Below, piece by piece: positions 1 through 15,751 of a stretch of 63,358 nucleotides of DNA. The stretch is from positions 496,001 through 559,358 of the forward strand of contig NGBS01001161.1 in assembly GCA_002245135.1 (NCBI GenBank). Reading direction: 5' to 3'. Source of the DNA: Proteromonas lacertae. Lineage: Eukaryota. The stretch's first letter is position 1. The number at the start of each line of letters is the position of its first letter. Below the pieces are notes generated by a model. It was not told where the DNA came from. It saw only the letters and a list, made by a program, of their open reading frames with translations, and ran no database searches. Both the position numbers and the translations under genes were made by a program.

Positions 1-1
1 T

Positions 2-3000
2 TATTATACGAGTTGTATTCCTGTTGATTTTAGAGCTGATCAATTGTATGTTGAAATGTATAAAGCATTTTGTAAATATGATTCTGCTTATTGTGATTTT
101 GAAGTAGTTTCACATCATTCTTCCAATACTATAATCAATAAATATAGTTATAATATAACCTATTATTCATTAATTGATTCAATATCAAAATTACAAGTTT
201 ATACAAATGATAGTTGTAATGTAACAGAAGCAACTCCATTATTTTCAAATAGAATAAGTGGAGAAGAATTTGGAGGTAAATTCAAATTAATATTAGAAGG
301 AAATGAAACTCCATTAATAGATGTAAATGATAATGAAGAAATGACAAAACAAATAATGAATTTAAATTGGAATTATACTGTTTTAAATGTTGAAAAACAT
401 GATATAGGAATAAGAAAAGAGAGATTATGGATGATCACATTTGATGCTGAATATTCTCATTATGATGTTCCTACAATAACATATGAATCAATTAGTTTAA
501 AAGGAAAGTATCCATTCTTAGATATAACAACAGTAAAAGAAGGTGAAGCACCAATTCATGGAACTTTCAAATTGAAATTTAGAGGTGAAACAACAAAAGG
601 AATTCAATTTAATGCTAAAGAATCTGAAGTTAAACAGAAGTTACAAGATTTACATGTATTTGACACAGTTACAGTAGAGAGATTAGGTCCATATAACAAA
701 GACAATTATCGATGGGTAATTACATTTGATAAAGTTGCTGATTGGAATATATTTGACAATGTTCATCCAATAAAACAAGAGAATTTTGAACCGTTAGAAG
801 TGATCGATGATGGTATACAAGGTACAAATGCTGAAGTTAAAGTGATTGCTGCATATCAACAACCATCTAGAGCTCCATGGTTGACAGAAGTAATGGGTTC
901 TCCAGGTAATGATTCTGGTGTAGTTTATATATATCATAAATATGGAATTGAATGGATAGAAACTCAGATTATTTCTGGACATGATACAACTGCTGAAGAT
1001 CATTTCGGATATAGTGTAAGTAGTGAGAATGATATTATATTAGTTGGTGCTCCTGGTGCTGAAACGATTGGACAAATACGAATAGATGAAATAACCTGTA
1101 GAATGGAAGAAGAAGATATTTCTGATGAAACTTATTTTGTATTTAATAAAGATGGCATTGTAACGAATGAATTATCACCAAATACTACAATTGATGAATT
1201 AGAAATAGAATTGAAAAGAATATTTGAAAAGATAGAAATATCACCATTTAGAGGTTCAATGTGTTCCGAAAGTGGAAATACTTTTTATATTACTTTCTTA
1301 TGGGATAGAGATCCACATAGAATGGATTATAATATAGAAATGCATAATTTAGAAGAAGAAAATGGTTATATTAATAAAACAACAATAAGTAAAAGAATCA
1401 GTCAAGCAACAGGTAATAATTCAACATATCATCAAACAGGTAAAGCGTATATATTCCAAAAGATAAATGATACTAATAATTGGATTGAAAAGTATGTTAT
1501 TTATCCACCCAATGTCGTAGAAGGATCTGAGTTTGGCCATCAAGTTCAGCTTGACTTAGAACATAATACATTATACATCAGTGCACCAGCTGCAAATAAT
1601 CACAAAGGATATATTTATATATATAAATATGATGATTTTATTAGTGATAATAATGATAGTAATGAAGATGATATGTATAACGAAGATGGAAGTTTAAAGA
1701 GTGTATTTAATTATCCACCAAAACTAATACAAACATTATCCTATGAAAGTGCTGATCCAAAAGATTTATATACACATTCATTTGAGATAGGATATTCATT
1801 TGAAAATGAAGTACAATTTCTATTTGTTGGTGCTATGAAACAAGGAAGTGTTTATATATATACAAGAAAAAATGATAATGATATATTTAGATTTAATCAA
1901 GTGTTATATTCACCAATAAAAGATACTGAATTTGGCAGTAGTATAAAGTTTTATAATGATACTTTATTGATTTCAGCTCCACATTATAATAATCGAAGAG
2001 GAATTGTTTATTATTTTGACTTAAATAAAATATCAAATACATTCTATTTAAAACAAACTCTAATTCCATCTGATAATGAAGAGAATGATATGTTTGGTAG
2101 AACAATTGAAGTTAATGATAATGTATTAGCAATTACTAATAGCAGAGATGTACCAAGTACAAAGAGGAATGCGACAAGAATTATATTTGAAGTTCAAACC
2201 TATCCTGAGGATAATAATACGAATATTACAGGTACATTTTATTTTGAAGGTGATGTTAGAAAAAGACAACCAAATCAATTATGTCATATTAATAATGATT
2301 TACCTTGTCATGAAAAGGATTATTTTATGGGTTGCAAAAGATGTAATAACAGCGAATGGGAATTTAAAACTACTTATAGATTGAGTTATAATGTATCAGC
2401 TTATGAAATGAGACTTGCTTTAGAAGAATTGACTAATTACAGTATGAAAGTAACAAGAGAAGGTACTTATTTTAATTCATACCGATGGTTAATTACTTTT
2501 GAAGCTAATAAATGTGATACACCTCGATTAATAGTCCATAATCTATTACATTCAGGTAATATAAGATTGTCATTATTAAATTCTCCACCAGATCTTAGAA
2601 GAAGAACAACCTATTTATATATACGTGATAATAGTAACAATGATGATAGAAAATGGGTAGAAACAGCTTTATTAATGCCAACAGCTACACAATGTAATGA
2701 TTATTATGGTTATACTTCAGCAATGTATGATAATGTGTTAGTAATAGGAAGTCCAAATAGAGATACTGTTTATGGTGATACAAATAGTGGTGGAATATTC
2801 TATTATGTATTAAAATGGCTTGATTTAGGGTTTGAGAAGAAAGAATACAGTGTAACTGAAAGTGAAGGATTTATTAAATTGAATTTAATAAGATGTAGAA
2901 ATGGAGAATGTTTATTCGGTGATGAAGAAGATGAAATTGATATAAGATATATAACAGGAGATGAATTATCACCAGCAGTAATTCCACACCATTTATTAGA

Positions 3001-6000
3001 AAGATCATTGATTAAACCAGGTACAGCCATATCACAATCAGATTGTTTATTGAAAAATCAATTGGAACATGATTGTAAATGGTCTTATGGACAGTATATG
3101 TTGAATGGTTATAATGATTATGTTAATTTGAATGAAAGAGCTGTTTTTAAACCATACCAAATGAATTATACTGTTGAAATTGTTATTACTGATGATCGTG
3201 TTGTTGAAGTACCTGATGAATATTTCAATATTCGTTTAACTATGCCTGGAATGATTGCTAGTCCAGTTGGTCCAATGACAACTAAAATAACTATAACAGA
3301 TGATAATGAAGATGGTTATGTTGATAAAGAAACTGGATTTATTAAGATAATATCTCCAGATGTTGATATATTGGATAAATTTGGTGAAGATGCAACTTTT
3401 TGTGATAATTATTTGTTTATTGGTTCTCCTCATAAGAATATGTATGCTGATAGGAATGTTGGTGCTGTTTATATGTATAAAAAAGATGAAAAAACAGGAA
3501 AATGGAATTTTGTTAGAATTATTTATGAACCAAATGGTATTTCTTATGGTAGAAACTTTGGTAATGGAGTAATAACTGATTGTAAATATTTAATAATCTC
3601 ATCACCAGAAATAAGAAAGTTGTACATATACAGAATTGATAAGAATAATGATAATGTAATTCATTATGATACTTTAGATTTAAGTAAAGATGTAATCTCA
3701 CCAGAAGGATTTGGACATAGTCATACAATGCTAATTAGAGATGATAAATTATATTTAGGATTACCCTATATTAATGAAGTTAGAATATACCAACTAGCAA
3801 ATTATAATGATGAAAATGAGGAGGAGGAAGAAGAAGAATCAACTCAAGCTGATGAAGAAATGACAGAAACAGATAATGATGGTGAAACAAAAGAAAATGA
3901 ATTTTATAAAGATAATAATAATAATATCACATCAATCAAATTATTGCAGACACTAAGACCATCTGAAATGGATGAAATTCCATATCCACCTATTGAAAAA
4001 CATCAACCTAATTTCTTATTTGGTTATTCTATTGCTATTGCCAACAATACATTATTGGTTGGATCACCACAAGGAGGATTATATCGTCCAATGAAACCTT
4101 ATTTATTTGAAACAGTAAAAGATGTAAATAATGAAAATGATGATGAAAATGATGATGAAGAAGAATATGATACTCCAACAACAGAAGAAGATGATTATAC
4201 AACAGAAATGACAGAAAGTGAGGTAAATACAGAGAATGGTAATAAACCATCCAAAATCCCATCTAAAGGATTATATTATCATGATTATGATGGTATTATA
4301 ATGGAAAGCACAGGTATGGTGTATATGTATTTATTCAATACAACAACTGAACAATGGAATGAAGTAAATAGATTTACTCCAGAAGAAAAAGAACCAATGA
4401 GGTATGGTACAAGTGTAGCAATTGATTATAATTATTTCGTTGTTGGAGCACCAAGAGCTACTAATATGCCAAGTGTAACATGGGATTTTGAATCAGGAGA
4501 TTTACAGTATATTTTTTTTTTGTGTTTATATCATTTATAGTGGATGGAGTTTAACAGGAGAAGCTTTTAATAATCAACCTACTTATGGTGATAATCCAAG
4601 ATATAGATTACCGTATATCTATTTACTTATTTTTTATATATTGATTTTAGACCTACAAAATTCCGATTTAATGATTATACAATAAGTGGCCATTCTAATT
4701 TAGATGGTAGATATTACATTGGTACATATGAAGATCATCATGTAGTAATTAATATGACAACTGGAGAAATAATTGAAGAGAAAACAAAGCAAGGATCAAT
4801 TCAAGGTGATAAATTATTAGGAACAATGACATCTCCAACATTTATAATTGAAGGAAATACAATTCAATTTAAATTGGGTGGTGGTTGTGATATAAAAACA
4901 ATGTATCTATATTTATTGTTATTATCTTTTTTTAATAGATATGTTGAATTAATAGTAGAAGGAATGTCTGTATATAGTAATACAGGAAAATGTAAAGAAG
5001 AAATGGAAGTAGTCACATGGAATGTTACACAATATAAGAAGAAAGGAGCAATCATAAGAATAGTAGATAATTCAAACTCCTATTGGGGACATATCAATGT
5101 AGATTCATTCACATTTGATTGGCCAATTGAAGGAAAATCTAGCAGTTTTACATCATTCTATCAAAGAAGTCCAGTTGTAGAAGGTGGAAAGGCATATTTA
5201 TATAAACATGAGTTAATATTAGAAGAAAAGCATGCAGAATTCCGATATTATTGTAATGATTATGGTGATGCTAATTGTACTTGGGTTTTAGAGAATGAAT
5301 TAATACCAAGTGATAGACATTCTTATCAGTTGTTTGGTGAATATGTAGCAATTGATTATAAGAATCAAATAATAGCTATTTCTAGTCCTGGTAGTTTTAA
5401 TATTGATACATTTAATTCAAAAATTAATAGATATAGTGGAGCAATGTATAATAATTATTTTTATTTTTTATTTTATAGATATTTATATTCACCTTATGAT
5501 ATTACTCCATTCTATAATTTCGCAATGAGAATAAAAACATACCAAAGATATGAATCAATGATTTATAGACCAATAGATAATAAACCAGAAGACAGATTTG
5601 GTAAAAAGTTACAGTTACTTGGTACTAAACTATTAATAACCTCACCATATGCATTAGGTTTGAATATGAATAGTGGTGCTGTATTTATGATGGATGCAAA
5701 TATTGTACATGCTAAAATAGATGAAACTACACTGTATGATAAAGATGAAATGAGAATATTAGAGAATTATCCAGCTGCTGATACTATTTATATAACTGTT
5801 ACAAGAAATGAGAATTTGAATAGTTCAATAGATTTGACTTATAGTACAACAGACATTACAGCTGTAGGAATGGATAAATCTGATGGTAATTATTGCTTAT
5901 GGCTGAACGCTGATTTAAGAGATGGTGTTGGCTGTGGTGATTATATTCATGCAACTGGCTTTATTCATTTTTACCCATATCAGACAACTAGAAATATAAT

Positions 6001-6163
6001 GATCAAGACAATTACAAAAACTTGCTCTGTTGATTATGAAAAGAAGTTTAAAGTGTCAATTACTGGTGTTGGAATGGGTAAAATATACAATAGTGAAAAA
6101 CAAGTTGTGGTGAGAATTAAAAATAGGTATAATGGTTTAGAAAGATGTGAATCTAATTATTAA
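2..6163 (+). CDS. Large secreted/surface protein with FG-GAP (integrin-alpha-like propeller) repeats, two Calx-beta-like domains and a GH32-associated beta-sandwich-like module; 5' end lies outside the window
   Basis: Frame is open from base 2. Repeats of FGYSVS..LVGAP..G.VYIY type; Calx-beta-like 'LGFEKKEYSVTESEG...DYV..VEIVITDD'; 'WDFESGDL.GW..TGEAF...GTMTSPTF...WGHINVD'. Introns 4507-4540, 4613-4650, 4903-4938 and 5446-5478 join ORFs 44-4540 and 4754-6163. Confidence 0.8.
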
Positions 6164-6324
6164 TTATTTATTTATTATTATTAAAAGTATTACATTTTAT
6201 TTAAACTGTTTTTTTTGTTGTTTTTATTAATGCATTTTAAAAATGAAATATTGAAGAAATATAACGAACAAATTTTTAAAAAGTATCTCAAATAGTTTCA
6301 CACGTAGAAATAATAACACTAGTT

Positions 6325-7455
6325 TTGTTGTGTTTATTTTGTTTTCTTGTAACACATCATCCACGGAATTCACGGAGAACAAGACTGCTTCAAAATAATA
6401 ACAAACCATTTGTGCCTTACTCAGCAGATCCACTTCCTAAATTACACATTTTTCGCAATGACAAAGTATTGATTTATAGAGCAGTAGATGATGTTAGGTA
6501 CAACCAAATTAGAATACTTGCTGCAATGTATTTAGATATACCTAAATCTAAAGTTGTTGTTAAAGTAGATGGTAAACGAATCCGATATGAAAGAGAAGTA
6601 TATGGTTTGGTAATTCCATATAATGTGCAATTCCCTCTTAAATATGTGAATTTGGTTTTTCCTTATATGCCAATAAAGAAAATAACTGTTAATGATGTAG
6701 AAATCGAGTATACACCAGTCCAAAAAATAAATTATGAACATGATTTTACTGTATGTATAAGTTCGATCAAAAACAATTTTACAGCCTTGACAATGGTTGA
6801 TCAAACATTAAATATATATAAAAAGCAAGGAGTATCCCATGCAATAATATATTATGGAGATATATCAAAAGAAGTATATGATGTATTAGATAAACATGTA
6901 AAAAGTGGATTTTTAGAAATATTCTATTGGCCACAGTTAGAAATCTTGTCATATATAAGAAATTTTGGACAAATATTGAAGATGAATGATTGTTTATACA
7001 GAAGTTATTATAATAGCAGATATATAGTAAATAGTGATTTAGATGAAATAATAATGCCAACAACACTTTATAAGTTGATAGATTTGATAGATAATTATAA
7101 AAAAATAAATCAAGGATGTGGAATGTTTCATTTTCCTGACAAGATATTTCCTAAAAATAATGAATCTGATTGGAGTAGTAAAGTAGGAAGAAAAGCATAT
7201 TATCATTTACCTCCTGTCGAAGATTGTGATTTGTTTAGTAAGACGCTTGGATGTAATGAAGTAATGAAAGGTAAATACATTATATCCAGTAAGAAAGTGA
7301 AGGCTATAAGGTTTCATGAAGCTGTAACTACAGATATTCAATGCAGAGTTGATAAAAAAGATGGTCATGTTCGTCATACAAGAGTTACACAATTCTATCA
7401 TTCCGGTATTTGTAAAAACTTAACATTTGATAAAAGTATATTGAAATATAAATAA
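6325..7455 (+). CDS. Glycosyltransferase family 92 (DUF23)-like type II membrane protein; true start uncertain
   Basis: N-terminal TM (IITLVLLCLFCFLV), 'FTVC', 'GVSHAIIY', 'GQ...NDCLYR', DxD motif 'DLDEII', 'KYI', late His. No in-frame ATG upstream of the TM segment. Confidence 0.75.
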   Translation: MLCLFCFLVTHHPRNSRRTRLLQNNNKPFVPYSADPLPKLHIFRNDKVLIYRAVDDVRYNQIRILAAMYLDIPKSKVVVKVDGKRIRYEREVYGLVIPYNVQFPLKYVNLVFPYMPIKKITVNDVEIEYTPVQKINYEHDFTVCISSIKNNFTALTMVDQTLNIYKKQGVSHAIIYYGDISKEVYDVLDKHVKSGFLEIFYWPQLEILSYIRNFGQILKMNDCLYRSYYNSRYIVNSDLDEIIMPTTLYKLIDLIDNYKKINQGCGMFHFPDKIFPKNNESDWSSKVGRKAYYHLPPVEDCDLFSKTLGCNEVMKGKYIISSKKVKAIRFHEAVTTDIQCRVDKKDGHVRHTRVTQFYHSGICKNLTFDKSILKYK

Positions 7456-7537
7456 ATATAAAAAGCAATAAAATAATTTATAAATTATGAAATAATTACT
7501 TTTCCTTTTCCTGGATATAATTCATATATAAATAGTA

Positions 7538-9217
7538 CTAAATATAATAGTTAGTGTAATATCTGTCATTTTTTTCAGTCATTGCTCTGTCATTTATTGT
7601 TTTAAAATAATCATCTTTAACTATTTTATCTAATTACATAATAATAATATAGAGCAATATACCATCAATTACAACGCTAAAAACATGGGGTAATAATTCC
7701 AACTGTTCTTTTAAACACTTACATCCAATCTCATCAAAACTATTACCAGCTAAAATTATTTCTCTTAATTCCTTTAAATATCTTAAACCTTCATTTAAAA
7801 CCATGCATGATTCATTTGTCAAATTATTAAAACTCATATCCAGAAATTCTAATGATTTAAGATATTTGAATTCTTTAGTCAGTACTTTCAACATTTCATT
7901 ATCAATCCCACATTTTATCATAATCAATCCCTTCATGTGTTGTAATGTAAAAAATGAATATGATAAGAATTGAACATTAGATGGATTTAGAGAATCATGT
8001 ACAAACAATGATGTTTCACCACCTATATTAAATGGTGATAAATAATATAAAGGATTATGAGAATCTTCAATTTCAAAATTATTGCCTTTATATTCTTTAC
8101 TAAAACAATAATTGATGTATAGAATAAAATCTGTAATTGATTTGACTTTCCCATATAATAATCTATTTAATGAATCTCTGCATTCATCTATTAAATAATA
8201 CATTAATCAATAAAAATACATTCATTCTTCATAATACGTTGGATATTATTGTAAACAACATCCATACAACAATCATTAAATCTTAACGAACTAAAATAAA
8301 AATTATTAAAATATAGTAAATCAATGTAACTACATTTTCTTTCATCATTCACTATATTATATGGAATAACAGTTTCTTTATTATCTAATGCTTCTAAGTA
8401 TATAATAAGTTCACTAACAGTCATTCTTTCTTGTGGATTAATATTCAATGATCCTTTAATTATTGGTATATATAAATCACTACTGTCATACTCATTTAAC
8501 ATATCAAAATTACTATTAATAATAGATAACGGTAATTCATCACTATTATTTCCATTGAATGCATTTTTACCACCTGTTAAACAATAATAAACTAAACATC
8601 CATAACTCCAGATATCACACATTTCTGTGGGTTCTTTTCCATTTAAAATCTCTGGACTTATGTATCTGTATTTAATGGCTGGAACTTTATTATTTGGCCA
8701 TAAATAATTCTCAAATGAATCACATAAAGAGAATTCATAATCTTCATTAAAAACAACATTTGATGGACTTATATTTCCACTTAATAATCCACAAGAATGA
8801 ATTGATCTTACTCCATATATTACATCTAGAAATAGATCTGTTAATGGCAATAAACTAGGATCAAGACATTTATCTACTACAAAATTACAATAATCACGTG
8901 TTGTGAATAAAATCATTTGAAAATTATCAAAAAATAATGTCGATGATTCAATATGATCTAATGAGAGAGTCTTAATAATATCAATTGCACTAGAATATGA
9001 AGTAATGCTATCTGGTGTTATATTATATGCGAATATAATTTTACAAACCTTTGAATCTTTTTTATTAGAATTTTCAGTACAATATGTCATTTTATTGAAG
9101 TCTTGACAAAGAGTATCAGAAATCTACATATAAAGATTACTATTAACGTATAAATACTTCATATTGAGCATCTGGGTACAAATCTTGTAAATAATCAATC
9201 ACAATACCACTGTCCAT
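7538..9217 (-). CDS. Protein-kinase-fold (probable pseudokinase) plus C-terminal RI-like leucine-rich repeats; multi-exon, 3' end approximate
   Basis: ATG at 9217, intron ~9123-9157. Kinase subdomains 'YISPEIL', 'CDIWSYG', 'PQERM'; catalytic loop reads SGNISPSN and DFG reads DSF; LRRs 'LEFLDMSFNNL', 'LREIILAGNSF'. Confidence 0.75.
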
Positions 9218-9310
9218 AATGTTTTTGATAAATTTCTAATCTTGAGAAACGAGTATATTTTTTAGAACAACAAATTAAGCTTGAACTGAACGGAATTGTT
9301 ATCTTTTAAA

Positions 9311-11263
9311 ATGAAAATCATAGCCGTCTTACTGTTTATTTACTTAGTAACTGCTAGTTCATGTCCTAATGCGTGTAGTGGACATGGTATTTGCACTACA
9401 TCCGGCATTTGCGTTTGTAATCGTCAAACAGGCCTTGCTTTGAATAATGGAGATTCTAACTCGTTCACATATACAGGAGCAGATTGTTCACAAAGAACAT
9501 GTCCAAATGGATATAGTTTTGCTACTCCATGGGATTTATCAACTCCTATTTATCCACCAGATGTTCCAGACCCTAGAATTCGTACATTGGAAGAAGGTGA
9601 AGGAGATATAATAATAGAAGAATCCCCATACGAAGATGTATATGAAGTAATAGGAGCAAACTATTCAATAAATGCTGAAGGAGGTACATTACAATGTTCA
9701 AGTATTAAAACAAAGAAACCATTAGGAATAGCCACAGTATTAACAATGAAAAAAGAAATGAAAAACGAAAGAGAAGTAAAAACATATTATGTTCGATATG
9801 ATTTCACTTCAGATCCAACTCCGGATAACTACACTTGTACAGTTGCATCTCAAAGAAATGATTTGTCATTATTTAAACCAACTAAAGTAGAAAATGTGAA
9901 AAAAGATTACTTAATAACATATAAAAATACTAAATATGTATTTGACATAATGAATTGGACACTAATAAAAGGGAATGCAGATTCAGGTGAAGAAATAGAA
10001 GAAGATAGTCTAAAAGAAGATGAAATCAATTTAATCCAAAAATTTGCTTGTTATAGCGGTGATTCATTAATTCATTTTTATCCAATCAAATCAGTAGAAT
10101 ATACAGAAAAAGGTGATATTGTATTTGATATAGGAAGAGATATGGATGAAATAGATAATAATTCAACTTGTCATTTATTAACCAGAGCAGATGGAACTCC
10201 AATCAAAATGAGTGAAAGTGATTTGTCAAAGTTATGTAGAAAAGATAGTGAAACAGGTAATTGGTATTATGGTGTAATAGATATTGGTTCATTAACTGAT
10301 GATGATAAAGTAGTAAGTGGCGTTAATCAAGATGGTAATTATGTATTAGGTGTTACTGAAGCTGTATCTAAAGAAATGAGAGAATTATTAGTGAATAATT
10401 CACAATTATTTATTCCATTACTTCAAGATGATGCTAATTCTGCTTCAATTAGTAATTTGGTTATTGAAGGGACTTTAGTATCAGTTACTATTGTTTATAG
10501 TGATAATGATATAGTAATACAAAGAGTGAGATTGATGGGAGTAGAAGCTAATTCATTTATATATACAAATAAGAATGTTATTATTGATAGATTATTGCTA
10601 GAAGAATTAGAAGAAGATGATTCTTCTTCTAATAATAATAAAAAAACTAAAAATACAATTAAAAAAAGAAAATTACAGCAACAACCTAAGCCTGTTGTAG
10701 ATGAAGGTAAGATCCCAGGAGTATTTACAAACACATTACCAGAATTATCAATCAAACCAAATGTAGATATACAGATGATCTTAATAGAAATAATCAATAA
10801 TAATATTAAAGATGCAACTCATGTATTTATGGAATGTAGTGGTCAAGGAGTATGTAATAGAGAGAATGGAGAATGTGAATGTTATCCTGGTTATGATGGT
10901 GAAGCTTGCCAAAGATTAAGTTGTCCAAATAATTGTAATGGAAATGGAAGATGTGTTAGAATGACTGAAGGTTTGACAAATAATGTAGAATCTAGTAAAT
11001 ATTATGGATTTGGTAGTGCCGATGTAAATGGTGATAAAATATATGTATGCTTATGTGATCCTGGTAAGAGAGGACCTGATTGTTCGATGATTGAATGTCC
11101 TTCTACTGGTGATCCACAATCTGCTACAAATATAAAGGATGATACGAATAGTGAATATAGAGATTGCAGTGGTAGAGGTATTTGTGATTATGATAATGGA
11201 ATATGTAAATGTTTTAAAGGATATTATGGTGAAGCATGTCAGAAAATGATTGAAGTACAATAG
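9311..11263 (+). CDS. Tubular mastigoneme protein-like (Ocm1/Mas/Sig1 family) EGF-repeat secreted protein
   Basis: Signal peptide MKIIAVLLFIYLVTA; N-terminal CPNACSGHG...GADCSQRTCP; C-terminal EGF triplet 'MECSGQGVCNRENGECECYPGYDGEACQR', 'CLCDPGKRGPDCS.IECP..GDP', 'RDCSGRGICDY..G.CKCFKGYYGEACQ'. Confidence 0.75.
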   Translation: MKIIAVLLFIYLVTASSCPNACSGHGICTTSGICVCNRQTGLALNNGDSNSFTYTGADCSQRTCPNGYSFATPWDLSTPIYPPDVPDPRIRTLEEGEGDIIIEESPYEDVYEVIGANYSINAEGGTLQCSSIKTKKPLGIATVLTMKKEMKNEREVKTYYVRYDFTSDPTPDNYTCTVASQRNDLSLFKPTKVENVKKDYLITYKNTKYVFDIMNWTLIKGNADSGEEIEEDSLKEDEINLIQKFACYSGDSLIHFYPIKSVEYTEKGDIVFDIGRDMDEIDNNSTCHLLTRADGTPIKMSESDLSKLCRKDSETGNWYYGVIDIGSLTDDDKVVSGVNQDGNYVLGVTEAVSKEMRELLVNNSQLFIPLLQDDANSASISNLVIEGTLVSVTIVYSDNDIVIQRVRLMGVEANSFIYTNKNVIIDRLLLEELEEDDSSSNNNKKTKNTIKKRKLQQQPKPVVDEGKIPGVFTNTLPELSIKPNVDIQMILIEIINNNIKDATHVFMECSGQGVCNRENGECECYPGYDGEACQRLSCPNNCNGNGRCVRMTEGLTNNVESSKYYGFGSADVNGDKIYVCLCDPGKRGPDCSMIECPSTGDPQSATNIKDDTNSEYRDCSGRGICDYDNGICKCFKGYYGEACQKMIEVQ

Positions 11264-11380
11264 TTATTAATGTTATTATATATTTATTCTATTTTTAAGT
11301 ATGTTTTTGTTATATATGAAAAACTCAAAACAAAATATTTTTTACTTATATATTTATGATATAAAAAATTGTATGTTTCT

Positions 11381-13878
<2,498 letters not shown>

Positions 13879-14174
13879 TTATATATTCTAAAAAACAAAG
13901 AAAAGAAGAAGTTTTGAAATTGAAGAAGTTCTGAATTATATAATAATTACATTCATTTTAAGCCTCGGTAAGTTTCTTTTTTTCTAAATGTAAACAAAGG
14001 TTGATGAACTGGCTTTTTTATCTGTAGTGCATTTGTATGGGACGTGCCATTTACATAATAATTATTGCAATTCGGGTTTTGTTTTGTGCTCTTTAATAGT
14101 CAAAACACTTTTACAGAGAATGTCAAAAGCAATGCAAATAATATAATTCAATCAAGATTAATAAAATTAAACTA

Positions 14175-15700
14175 TTAACCAAGCTCATCTCTAATTAAAT
14201 TGTCAATTTCTACATAGATATAAATAGAATCAGTATACCATCATCATCTGGCATTATTTCATCTAATAATAATATACAGAGATAAAGTATACCTTCAAAT
14301 GTTAACTGTGCAGCCAGTGCAGAGATATCAAGATCTAAAAATAGAACTCATAAAATAAATATACCATCAGTGTTTGCTATAAAAAATATAATAAAAATAA
14401 TATATATACTACTTGTTGTGGAAGGATTTGTATCAGGATCGATTAAAGTAGAAACAAACTCTATATCAAGTATATAAAACAATCACAAATATACTAGGAG
14501 TAGGATTCTTCACAGCAGCAGGTGTAATGTGTGAAGGTTGTTGTTGTAATGGTGGAGATGATATTGGTATTGTTGTAGTTGTATTGGTTTGTGTTACTAA
14601 TGGTGTAACTGAAGTAGTAGAAGTTATTGTAGTTGTATTTGCATTAGTAGTACTAGTCGCACCTATTGTATTATCAACTACTGGAGATGGTGATTTGACT
14701 GGAGTAATTGTAGTAGTATTAGCAGTAGTATCTGGTAAAGGAGATGGCATTTTATTACTATTCTTACCTAACCATCTTTCAGCTTTATCTAAATAACTCT
14801 TTTCAATACCATAAACATGATAGAAATAATTCCTCCAGAAATCATATTCCTTTAATTTACTTCTTCGTATTAACTTCACTGACATTTTAGCGAGATTCTT
14901 ATCAATTTCACAGAGTTTTGGAGCTAAATATTCCATTTGTTGTAAACTAAAATCTTTATATTCACCATCTGGTGGGAAATCGAAAAATGTGCTTTCTTTT
15001 TCAGACAATTTGATTATCATTTCTTTACATTCTTCTTGTAATATACCTAATCTTGGATTATCCCATGGTAGTCTCTTTATTACTTCATATTCTTCCTCTA
15101 TATTTCAAAAAATAAATAATTATATTATCATACTTTGAAATTTCTTTGGTTCTTCTTCAAATGTTTTCTTGAATTCTTTTTCTGTTACTTTCACATCCTA
15201 TTTAATAATAATTGCTTGATTTATTATACTGTTTCTAATTTCTTTGCGATTTCTTTTGATTTTTGGGTAAATGAAGAGAACCAACTGGAGCCCCAACTAC
15301 TTAATGATGAGATTGTATCAACTACTTGTGGAGGAGCTAATGAAGCTACAGATGGCAAACTTAAACCTGCTCTATTTGGATCTTCGGCAGCTACTGCAGT
15401 TGGAATTGTAGTATCTGGTGCAGATGGAATTTGTGTTTGAATTGTTGGTGATATAGGTGATTGTACTGGTGTTCTTTGTTCAGAAGATTTTGTAGTTGTT
15501 TGTAAAGGAGATTGAGTAGGTGTCTTTTGTTGCTGACCAGTAGCATTCGAAGAAAAAGGTATTGAATTAATACGAACATTCTCTCTTTCAGGAGAAGATT
15601 GAACTGATATAACAGGAACAGCTTGATCTGGCACATCAGTACTATTTTGATTTCCTTGCTTTATTGGAGATGTATTACTATTATCTACTTGATGGTTCAT
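14175..15700 (-). CDS. BSD-domain protein (SYAP1/Sap47-like) with S/T/P-rich regions and 3' microexons
   Basis: BSD motif 'DKNLAKMSVKLI...KEYDFWRNYFYHV'. Exons are joined through short GT-AG introns to TAA at 14175. Confidence 0.8.
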
Positions 15701-15751
15701 TCTCTTAAAAGATTTTCAAAATTTGGGTATTGATAAATTTTCGATAACCAC

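Noticed and set aside
13960..14150. Possible ncRNA (U1-like AAACTTACC on the minus strand; box C-like TGATGA)
   Set aside because: No U1 stem-loops or Sm site and no matching box D; more likely CDC48 promoter / BSD 3' UTR.
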